The notes under the pieces are model-generated. The model did no database searches and was not told the origin of the DNA. It saw only the letters and a list, made by a program, of their open reading frames with translations. Positions 26,101-36,830 of a DNA stretch of 64,000 nucleotides are shown one piece after another; position 1 is the stretch's first letter, and each line of letters opens with the position of its first letter. A program made the translations under genes and the position numbers. Source of the DNA: Camelus ferus (taxonomy: Eukaryota); contig NC_045697.1 in assembly GCF_009834535.1 (NCBI RefSeq), positions 87,298,001 to 87,362,000 of the forward strand, given 5' to 3'.

Positions 26101-29100
26101 TAAAGAAAGTTGAGCAGATCATCATTGCTAGACTTTACAAAAATCCTTACCATTCTGTAGTGCAGTGTGGGAAACACAGTATATACACTGTTACCTAAAA
26201 CGTATTTGATCATGAAATATTTCTTCCTCTGAGAAGACACTAATATTTCAAGGGATAGGCTGACCTAGGCCTTGAAAGCAAGCAGGAAAGCTGCACTTTT
26301 CTTGGGAAGCGTGGCATCTCAGAACTCATACCAAAGCACGTGACCCCAGAGCAGATAGAAACCAGCCTCCTAAGAATACTTGCATGTTCAGGCCTACCTT
26401 TTTACTGGGTTGGGAAAGTAGAGCAAATAATCTGATTAATGCTTTTCCTTTTGGAATTTCTACTAAGAAGCCATTTCTGGAGGGAAAAATAAAAACAAAG
26501 GAACTTTCAGGAGTTATTGCTCTGTCAGCTGCTAGTGCATCAGCTGCTTGTGAATTGGGTTTAGAGCTCTAGAGATGACTGTCATTGACTGGCCTTCACT
26601 GTCACGGTGGACCACGTGACTTCTGAAAACCATCATTGTTGTTTTTAGTGACATTTGGATGATAGAATTACTTTTTCCCCCTCTATTTTGGATACTGAAG
26701 CTGTATCAGTATAATTCCCGGTCTCTTTCTCCCCACCGTGCTCACTTTATCTCTTCTGCTCAGAATGCCTTTCCTAAATCCATATCTAAATTCTCTTCTT
26801 CCCACTCCAGCCTATGACCCAGTCATTTCTTCCTTCTTTTCATACCAGAGTACTTTCCTGAGCCTTGTTAACAGTACCTCTAAATGCCACGTCTTGGACA
26901 TCTCTGGATTCTCCACCTGGCTTCGCCTGGTTGTTGCACAGAGTAGCTACTCGGTGGACGTTGACTGCTGAAAGAGTGACTGGTTAATTATGAGGAGTGT
27001 TCTATTTCTTCTTAGTTACTGGTTGTGTATTGCTAAGCAAATATAATAGGAAAAGTGGCAGAAAAGATTGCCTAATTGACTGGTTCTTCAAGGCATCCCT
27101 TGTAAATAAAAAGAACCAGGATAAGGTTTATTGAAGCCAGTGTTGAATTCAGGCAGCCCTCAGCCACCTAGAATTGTGAACAGCTGTGTTCCCTCCACAC
27201 AGCAGAAGACACCTTCATACGCGGTGCTTTAGGACCAGTGTTCAGCTGCTCTGTCTCTCTTGTCATTGTCTCCCAGGGGTTCTAGAGGTCATCTGTTTAA
27301 TCCAAACATTTCTTAGTGCTTTAGTCGAAAGTCTGTCCAAGTTTTCTGTATCTCATAGTTCTGTAGGAATTGTTAATTCAAAGTCAAGCCAGTACTAAAT
27401 ATAGTAGGCAAATTACCCTGAAATGTTAACATAGACCGGAGACCCCAAAATATTCAGCTTTCAAATGGCAGTTACTGCTCTGACCACCACCAGTACCCCC
27501 TCTGTCACTGCCGTGGAAGCTACCACGCAAGGGCGAAAAGCAGCTTATAGCTTAGAGAAAAATCTATAGATGCAGATATGAAGGAAGGAAAGTTGATGTA
27601 CAAAGAAGAACTGCTCAGGGGAGTTGACCCCAAGGACAGCCTTCGAGGCCCCAAGTGACCTCACTTCCCACTACCTACATTCCCCTGCCTGTCATGTTAG
27701 GCTACCTGAGTTCAGTAGTTAGAGGAGTATAATCATGTTGTCTTCTCCCAACTTGATTACTGTGTGTGGAGAGAAGCCTACTAGACTGTTGGTTCACTGT
27801 CTCAGATGTGCCAGCAGTATTAGCCACCTACCATCTGACCACATGAACCAAATTCCAGGATTTTTGAGAGGTTCCCGGCGGCCTTGCACCTCCTCTTTCT
27901 CAACCCATCCTCCCAACCCCACCGCCCACCATCACCTCCATTCACCGTCAGACGTTACACATACCCTAGTCTGGGATCACTGTGTTGTATACAACCTGGG
28001 GGGCACAAGCCACATGGCAACTAACTAGTAAAGTCACTGGTAATTGTCTGGTACACGTGGTAGGTACTGAGTAAATGCGTGTGGCTATTATATGCTGGGT
28101 CCAGTGCTCTCTGAGGTGAGTCTCAGTTATGAAGTGTGCCAGACATGGCACCGGCCCTACTCCACTTCGCCTGAGGAGGGAGCCACACAACGGAAACATT
28201 CCCTGCACTATGCAGGAAATTCAGTCCTCTCTGCCTCTGCCAGTGATTCCTCCTCCGCCTTTTCAGCCTCGCAACCATTGCTTCAAAATCTTGCACAGAT
28301 GAAAGAAGTGCTCTCAGATGGAGGGGGCTGAGCTCTCCCTACCTGGTCCCTTCACCTCCGTATGGAGGTCCCCAAGGTCTCTTTGGCACACACAGTGGAA
28401 CCGTGGGATAGCCAGTTTACTGTGCTGGGCATTTCATGTGCTTTTATTGTGCTTATTAATTATCACATCTTATTTTCAAAATAACTCTTTTTGCACCAGA
28501 ATATGTGATGAAGTCGTTTCACTAATCCCTAAAAGTTTTGTTTTTGCCTTCCACAAGTTGGTAGCCATTCTTTTGGGGAAAGCATTAATATGCATAACCA
28601 CTATAGTCGACTTCAGCACCCATTAATGAAGCCCAGAACTAACAGTTACATTGTCGTAATTTGACAAAGCCATCTAAATCTATGCACGTTTTTTTGAAAG
28701 CTTCCTAAACATGCTGCTAAATCCCCTAAAAAGCTACTAAACTGCTTTGGCAGCCATTAGCCCAGCATAAGCAGAGGCACTCTTTTCAGTAAGTGAACAA
28801 ACAGAGAAAATATGCTGAATGGCTGGACAAATGTGTTTCAGCTGGCCCTTTCATTTACCGATATAAGGGTGCAGTCAATATCAATCACTGTTTTCCCTGT
28901 TGCCCTGAAAATCACAATATCTCTTTTCATCCCACAAGCTCTTTTCAGCACAGTAATGTGTCTTTAGAATGACACTGGCATCAGCCCGCTTCCGCTGTCT
29001 GAAGTCCAGAGAGCTTAAAACACATTTCAGGATTCAAGACTTGAACCTTCCTCCCTTCCGTTTGCCTACCGCCCACTCTCTCCTCCCTCCCTCTGCATCC

Positions 29101-29675
29101 ACTCCCCCTCCCCAGATTCTTTTCAGTTCTCCCAGCTTTCCTCGCTGAGTAAACAGAATTCACTTCTCTGTTCTAATGCAGCTCTCCAAAGTAAACGGAG
29201 ACAACTCTATCTGATATTCCCAAGATTTAAGAACTCATTAAGGAGCTGCACATAAAGAAACGCTTTTACATGTTGGTAATACATCAAAGGTTGAAAGGAA
29301 TGTGGAAATTCTATGCTGTGACAAGGTGTGCCGATGTGCAGGACCTCACTCTCTAGCAGTCTCCTCCCCCCTCAACGTGCACACTCATCCTTTGTCGTCC
29401 TGTGTCTGTGTTCGAGGTCTGTGCCTGCATGTCCGCTCCACCATCATAGTCGTAGGCGCCTGAAGAGCAAACGCCATCACTTACGTATCTTTCTGCCGTT
29501 CCTGGATCCGCGTACTTAGTACGTTGTTGTAAAATGAAGGTGATTACTTTTTATTCTTTTCAAAACTTAAGAGAATAACTCCTGAAGATAAATTTTAGGA
29601 ATGTGCTTATTGTCATCAAAGTTACCACGGATGAATATATGAAGTGTTAACATTTCTAAAAAACAGTTTGGAATA

Positions 29676-29740
29676 TTTTCTCTCTCCTTTTTTGTTGTTT
29701 CTTCTTTCGTTTTTGCTTTTATTTGTTTGTGTTGTTTCAG
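29676..29740 (+). other. AFG2A: Polypyrimidine tract and 3' splice acceptor of the AFG2A terminal exon
   Basis: Long T/C-rich tract ending tttcAG at 29739-29740, directly before the protein homology starts (phase 0). Confidence 0.92.
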
Positions 29741-29917
29741 ATTATAGCTGTGTGTAAAGAGGCAGCCCTTCAGGCTCTGGAAGAAGACATTCAAGCCAAC
29801 TGCATTATGAAACGACATTTCACTCAAGCCTTGAGCACTGTGACACCCAGACTTCCTGAATCATTGAGACATTTCTATGAAGATTATCAAGAAAAGAGTG
29901 GGCTACATACACTCTGA
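29741..29917 (+). CDS. AFG2A: Terminal coding exon of AFG2A (SPATA5), AAA+ ATPase of pre-60S ribosome maturation; 58 C-terminal residues plus TGA
   Basis: Encodes [58 protein letters not shown], which I recognise as the SPATA5 C-terminus; canonical acceptor upstream. Confidence 0.95.
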   Translation: MIAVCKEAALQALEEDIQANCIMKRHFTQALSTVTPRLPESLRHFYEDYQEKSGLHTL

Positions 29918-30640
29918 GAAAATATGCATATTCATTATGCTAAAAATACTTTCTAGAGAAAATTTGTTTCTTTTTTAAAGAGTGTCACAAAAGCCCTTAA
30001 TAAGCAAAATGTTTCAAATGTGTTGACTATATTGAGGGGCTTCAGTTCTTACAGACATTTTAAATCATATGGATACAATGAAAATATCCACGAAAATCTC
30101 TGGAGAGAGTTTAAATCAGTTTATCTGGAAATGTGTGCTGAGTTTTAGAAAGCAAACTTGTAGCTTTTTCATTTTTGACTGGCTCATTCATCCCATGAAA
30201 TGCTTTCCTTACTCCAGAATCTGATTCAGTGCATTTCCAGATACCAAGTCTGTGGGCATCAGTTTTATACAAGAACATAGAAAATGCACGTAGATGAAAG
30301 CACAGTGAAAAATATTTACAAATAATGGCTACATGCACATAAACCGGGCTTATGTGACCTTGTTTCCAAATACATATTAGTTCTCATTATAATTCAGACT
30401 TACATTTTTGCTTTAGACTTCTTCACCTGTACTTATGACAATTTAAAAAGAAGAATTAAGAGTTATTTCATATACTATAACGTCCTTTGAAAGTTAAAAA
30501 AAAAAAAAATGGAGATATAAGCCTAGTCCTGGCCTAGAGAAGTAGACTTAGTTGTTTTTTGGTTTTTGTTTTTCATAAAATGCTATAAAGAAACCATATG
30601 AAGTATTCATGTTTTAACTTACACACATTTCCAGGTTACC

Positions 30641-30646
30641 AATAAA
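30641..30646 (+). terminator. AFG2A: Candidate proximal polyadenylation signal of AFG2A
   Basis: First AATAAA I found after the stop codon, with T/GT-rich sequence about 40-60 nt downstream (attgtcttatgttg). Confidence 0.5.
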
Positions 30647-31082
30647 CTTTTTCAGTTCAAAGATAACCCAAACTGTATGCTTAATCATATTGTCTTATGT
30701 TGCATTCTGAATATGCTCCTAATTATTTATCTTTGAGAGTTATAGACATTTTAATACTTCATAAGTATTCTTGAGAAAGCTGTTGGAAATTTATTGCTTG
30801 ACTTCCAGTTCAGGAGCTGGCGATGGAAAGAACGTGCACTTAAACCCAGTCACTGTAGATCTTTGAAAATTCCCAGAAAGACAAGTCAGGCAAGAAATAC
30901 CTGATTATCAAAATAACAGGGCTGTACAGTTTTGTGGTGGCAGACACTCTGAAGTCATGTCTCAACTGTTTCACCCTTTGACTATCAGAAGTAGCTTTGT
31001 CAGAGTTTTTTCCCAGACTACGTTGGTTTATTGGTACATAAAACCACCCAAGGGATGAAGAATATTACTACTAGTTAGAAAT

Positions 31083-31370
31083 GTGCTGTCAAATCTAATA
31101 GACACTAGTCACATGTAGCTATTTAAGTGTTTGTGTGTGTGTGTGTGTGTGTGGTTTTTTTGGTGGAGGAGGTAATTGGGTTTGTTTGTTTGTTTGTTTG
31201 TTTGTTTAATGAGGCACTGGGGATTGAACCCAGGACCTCATGCATGCTAAGCGTGTGCTCTACCAGAGTATACCCTTCCTCCAAAGTTTAGATTTTAATT
31301 AAAATTAAGTAGGATTAGAAATTTAGTTCATCTGACATGTTAGCCACATTTCGAGTGTTCAAAGGCCATG
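31083..31370. mobile_element. MER3/MER33-like hAT MITE split by a (GT)n run and a SINE
   Basis: Left part acactagtcacatgtagctatttaag; right part ttaattaaaattaag...ttagccacatttcgagtgttcaa. Confidence 0.65.
31155..31282 (-). mobile_element. Camelid tRNA-derived SINE (Vic-1-like)
   Basis: Reverse complement reads ggaggaagggtatactctggtagagcacacgcttagcatgcatgaggtcctgggttcaatccccag with an (AAAC)n tail; homologous to the copies at 59899 and 62342. Confidence 0.9.
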
Positions 31371-32846
31371 TTGAAATAAACAGAACCTCAAAGTTACTTT
31401 TCTGCTCCCCATTTTCCTGTTATTAGAGGACCATAACTTCTTCCCTCTAAATGCTGGGGCACAAGAAAGTAAGAGAAAAACTTATCCCCCAAGGTCTAAA
31501 CAGGAAAATTAAAGAAATCCCATTGCCAGTAAACTAAAAACCAGAACAGTAAGCTGGGACCAACACTGAGGCTCTCAGGCTGGGGCTGGGTGCTGGGTAG
31601 GAGGGTGGTCTGTCAGGAAGGGGTTTAGATGGTGATGACCACTGGGACCCTTCAGCCCATCTGACACGTGAAGTTGTGACTGAGCCTCACATGTAATGTT
31701 CAGATCTCTAACAACCAACACATTCAGTGTGAGGGCAGACTAGAAATCCTCCCACAGGCCAGGGAGGCCACAAGGAGCTTCTCTTGACTTGGTCTGTGCT
31801 TTGGATTGAAAAAGAGGATTCTGACTTTGGGCTTACCCAACCATGGCTTCAGGATTTGAATTCACACGAATTCTGACAAGGAAGCTCAAAACCTAGAAAG
31901 TAACATGAAAACATGAATCCAAGTTAGAAATATCCTTTAGGCAACTAGCAGTTGCATTAGTTGAAGGAATATATCCTCACCCTGGCCACAGAGGATTCCA
32001 GCAGTTAAAACTCTGCTTACAGAGTTTATAATCCCAAAGGATGTGGAGCTGTGGAGCCTCCCTCTCTGCTGGTGGCACATAAATTGGTGTAGCCACTTTG
32101 GAAAGCAACTAGCATATCTAGTAATGTTGAAGACCCCGATAATCCCAACAGTTCTCCTAAGTGTCTGTCTCAAGGCAGGTTATGTTCTATAAGGTAATGA
32201 ATGAGAAAATCATAGCACCATTATTTATAAGTAGTAAGAAACTGGAAACAATCTAAATATCCATCAGTAAGAGAATGGATTTCTATGGAATACTAACATG
32301 GTGCAGTACTTAGGGCAGTAAAAACGAGACTGGTGTGTAAAACGGGAATCTCAAAAACAAACAAAAGGAACGTTTCAGAAGGATACCTATGATACTTATT
32401 TAAAGTTTAAAGCATGCAAAATATGTTGTTTACGGGGACATGTGTAGTAAGAGGCTACATGAATGGAAACAAAAAGCACCAAGTACTGGGGAGAGATTTC
32501 CTCGAGGGAGAAAGGTTGAAATGTTTCATGTCTTAAGCTAAGTGATGGGAACACAGAAATTGATTATAATACAGTCTGCGCTTTTTGTATGCCTATGTAG
32601 TTCATTGTTTTTTAAAAATGAGACTTAAACTGGCATGTTATGGTGCCAAGACAAAATGCATCTATAGCCGCATTCTGCGTCCCAGCCAACTGTCATTCAG
32701 CCAATTCCATAGACTGCCATCCAGTACAGTCCACAGTGGCCACAGCCCCATATGTCTGGAAGATCAGAGTACCAGATATGATGGAATAAAATGCAAGCAG
32801 GCATACGTGCTCAGGCTTTTAGGACCCAGGAAACAAGTTGAAAGAA

Positions 32847-33048
32847 TTTTTTTTTTTTAATAACTTCTTTTTTTCCCCTTCCAGTTTTATTAAGATATAA
32901 TTGGCATCCATCACTGTATAAATGTAAGGGCTTTAGCATAATGATTTGACTTACGTACATCATAAAATGATTATCAGAATAAGTTTAGTGAACATCCATC
33001 ATCTCAAATTGATTCAAAGTTAAATAGAAAAACTATTTTTTCCTCGTG
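32847..33048 (-). mobile_element. Short L1 (L1MA-type) 3' end with 12-bp TSD
   Basis: T-run then ttttattaagatataattg...aagtttagtgaacatccatc. Flanks aagttgaaagaa (32835-32846) and aagttggaagaa (33049-33060). Confidence 0.8.
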
Positions 33049-34559
33049 AAGTTGGAAGAAACTTGTCGATGAAAGTGTTTAGGTGATTGATACATGTCTT
33101 GCCACAGGTGGGAGAAACTAAATCTGAGTGTCAGATGCCTGTTTCTCCAGCACTGTGATCATACAAAGAGTTGGAAGTTAAGAATTTTCAAAGACTTGAG
33201 AGCACTACAGTCTATTCCAAACCAATTGTTTTTCACATCTTTAGATAACGATTGCCTTTAAAAAGGCAGTGATACATAGTCCTTTATTTGAAGTGTGTGC
33301 TCCTTCTACAGTAGTGAAGTTCTGAGTCCCAGAAAAGAGCAGGTCAGGTGTCACTGATAACACCTCCATCTCTGTGGCAGTTTGCTTTCTAATTCCAGAG
33401 TCTCATATTTATTGATTTAAAAATAGTGTATGATCCTATTATTTGGGATTTGAATACATGGTATAATTCATGGAAAATTTAAGTTCAGCAGGGGAAGAAA
33501 AGTCCAGCTTCCTATCTTAAACCAATTTGCTTTTTTTGGCATTTATTTAGTTAAAAGTTTGTCGTTGGTTCAGATTCTTTTCAGGGTTTGGGGATATTCA
33601 CATTGACTTTTTTTTCTTTCTTTTTTTTTTTTTTTTTTTTTGCAGTGTTCTAAGGGACTTTAGTTTGAATAGTGAAATTAATGTCTCCTTCTAACAGCAA
33701 AACTTAGAAGGATGGCTTCTAACTTTTACTTCTTCATGACCAAGAAAAGTTATTTATAAGCTTTATACTGACTTCCCTAACTTAGCTTGAAAAAATGTTC
33801 ACTTCTGTGTTATATCTAATGTGTAAAACAGGTTTTAAAAATAACGTATAAGCTTTCCATTTTGGAAAAATAGTTACTGAATTTATAGAAAAACCAAGCC
33901 TGAGTATATGTTATTTATCTTAATCAGGAGAAGGCTGTAGAGAATTTGCTATAAACATAGAGTAAAATAATTTCCCTGGACTGTTGTTAGTTACTTAAAT
34001 TCCTGAATGTGAGGTTGTAAAGAGTCTTGGTTCGTTTGTCGTGTTTCCCTGCATCCTCCCTTTAAAGATGAGCACACACCAAAGCACCCTTTGAAAATAC
34101 ATACAGATTGAATTAACAGTAGTTTCCAAATATGGTCCACATGAAAATTCTAATTCTCCAAATTGATTTGCTTTCCTTCGTTCTGTTTTCATTATACCAG
34201 TTGTGTGCATGGATAGACTTTTTACCTAATTATGTCAAATATACCCCAGTGGCCTATATCTTTGGGGGCTCACTTTAAGGAGTAGAATTCACTCTAGCAA
34301 ATTTAAACAGAAGGAGATAGTTTACAAGGTTTTTAATGGTTTACAAAATCATTGGGGAATTTGTAGACTCTTCAAGACAGTGATAAACACTACTGGAAAG
34401 ATATCTAAAGTGTCACACACCACAAAACCCAAGGGAATGAAAAGAAAGAAAAATAGAGTTCATCTATGCTGAAATTAGAGAACAGATAAACCCCATGTTA
34501 AGTATTTTAAAGGCTGTCTGTCAGGTACAACACATTTTGAACCCACTTGAATCCAGGAA

Positions 34560-34905
34560 GTTCAACATAAATTAAGGGTCTTGAGATAAGAGTGTTCTGG
34601 ATTTTCGGGGTAGGCCCAGTGTAATCACAAGGGCCCTTATGAGGGAAAGATGGAAGCAGGAGATTCAGAATCAGAGGAGAAGTTAGAGAGAGAGAGATTG
34701 GAAGATGCTATTGTGCTGGCTTTGAAGATGGAGGAAGGGGCCACAAGCCAAGGAACGCAGGCAGCCTCTGGAAACTGGAAAAGACAAGCAAAGAGATCCC
34801 CCTAATGCCTCCAGGACACAACCCTGCCAACACCCTGATTTCAGTCCCATGTCATAGACTCACTTTAGATTTCTCTATGCTGTTTTAAGCCACTCTTTGT
34901 GATTC
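34560..34905 (+). mobile_element. MaLR LTR (MLT1D-like)
   Basis: gtaatcacaagggcccttat...gctggctttgaagatggaggaaggggccacaagccaaggaacgcaggcagcctct...ccctgccaacaccctgattt. Confidence 0.85.
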
Positions 34906-36458
34906 TCTAAAGTTCCTGTGCACAGATGGTTTTACAGGTAAAAATTCATTTAGATCTTCAACCTGATCATCGTTATGCTATTTAAACTATTTCAGAGCAC
35001 AAAGAAAAAAATCCCAATTCTTATTATGACTAACATACTGCCAACCCCCTTTAAAAGAAGAACCTTTAAAAAATTATTACTCAAAATCAAATACTTTAGC
35101 ATTATTAATAGATCAAAGTAGAAAACAGTACACTCAGTTTTATGGAATTCAACATCCATTTCTCATTTAGAAAAATAAAATAAAGGTAGCATTAGCATGC
35201 TAAAAATAGCAATCCTAAACTAATGCCCAGTAACATAATTAAATTCAGAGCAACTGTTCACCTTTACCCTTTGAGTACTAGCCAATAAAGTCACACATGG
35301 AAATAGAGTAAAAAAAAAAAAAAAAAAAAAACCCAAGATAATTAACTGAGAAATTATTAGGTAACTAATATGTCCTCAGACTTCACTGGCTTACAACAAA
35401 ATTAAGTATTTATTTTGTTGTTTTCTTTCGTATTCAATTTGTCCATAAGCCTTGGGACTCCCCCATTAATACACTTGAATGTTTGTTAAGTACAACAGCA
35501 GTAACTGACACCAGCTCTTCTCTGTCCCACCCCCACCCCACCCCCCACTCCCTGTGAGCCACTCCTCACCCCGGGGCCCCTGGGCTACAGTCTGACAAGC
35601 TCCTCCCAGTCACCTTCTCCCCCAGCTCAGACAGGGACCTTACCTCAGCTCCCCCAGGGTAAAGGCTAAGGGCAGGCTGTGATTTTTATAAAACTGATAC
35701 TAGAGAACAATTACAGCGATGAAAACATTTTACTTTCCTATCGGACATCAGGGCTCCTAGAGTCTGTACCCTGGTTTAGCTTGCTCTCTACTACCCAGTT
35801 GGAAGAAACAGCCCATCACATGCTAACTGTGGTGTCCTCACTGCGTGCCAGCCAGGACCCAGAGTAATTCCTGCCATTCTGCCCGCCATGAGAGCCCATG
35901 TCATCTATGATGCAGTTGTCCAACTCAGCTGCCCCCAAATGTTTCATTCTAGAAAGAGATCTTTCTTTTTATGTTTGAATAACTAAAATTTACATTAAGA
36001 TTTCTTTTAACCAACACTCTTTCCCCCAAAGATAATTTTTCTTCTACCTTGAGAAGAACAGTAGAAACATCAGGAAATTTTAAAACTGCTTTTAGATTAT
36101 CAAGGTTCCAGAAATGCTGTATTCCAGTCTTAAAGGAGCATGTCACCTTTACCAGCCCTAGAGTTCAGTAAGATGAATCCTTGACTAGTGTCTCCATGAA
36201 GGGGACAGGAAGAGGAATGGAATATAGGGAGCTGAAAAGGATACCTATAAGCTGAAAAAAGACATTTTCAAGAAGCAACGACAAAAGGTCAGTAAGGAGG
36301 AGCAAATACCATAAACATTGAATTTAGCTCTTAGTGGTCAAGAATGACCTTTAAGGAAGCAGTATCAATGGAGTAATAAAGGTTAATGGTGGTTTACACT
36401 ATATAACATACTTTATGTGGGGTTTTTTTTTCCCCCAAAAAAAGTGTAATACAGTCAG

Positions 36459-36830
36459 TGTGTCAGTTAAGTTCTTTTCTCCTAACTCCAAACCCAACCT
36501 TCTAAACTGCGGTGCTGAAGCTGGTATCCGCAAACCGCGGTACTTCATTGCAGCCGATGACCTAATAGGCTGTGCCAGTAGGAGGCGCTAGAGGAGACTG
36601 CAAAGCCGGGGCAGAGGACGGAACATGTTCCCTTCTGTTTGTTTCCTGTGGGCTCCCTGTGTCCTCCCGGCTTGTTTCCTGAGCATCACCAAGCATACTT
36701 GTGTTTTTAACCCCAACAGTGGTAGGTAGTTCCTTCCCACAGCAGTTGAGTCCTACGTCCGCAAATGCAGCCTCATTGCCTTGTTCCTTCCCTCGGGGAC
36801 GCCAGCACCAGGGGACTGTCTGTGGGTGTA
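36459..36830 (+). mobile_element. ERVL LTR41-like element; right boundary uncertain
   Basis: tgtgtcagttaag...ctccaaacccaaccttcta...gccagtaggaggcgctagaggagactg resembles the LTR41 consensus as I recall it. Confidence 0.65.
36575..36590 (+). promoter_or_regulatory. CTCF-like core motif
   Basis: CCAGTAGGAGGCGCTA has one mismatch to CCASYAGRKGGCRCYA. Confidence 0.6.

Noticed and set aside
29723..29740. N-terminal MFVLFQ of the ORF-track call
   Set aside because: It is intronic polypyrimidine sequence starting at TTG; the exon begins at 29741.
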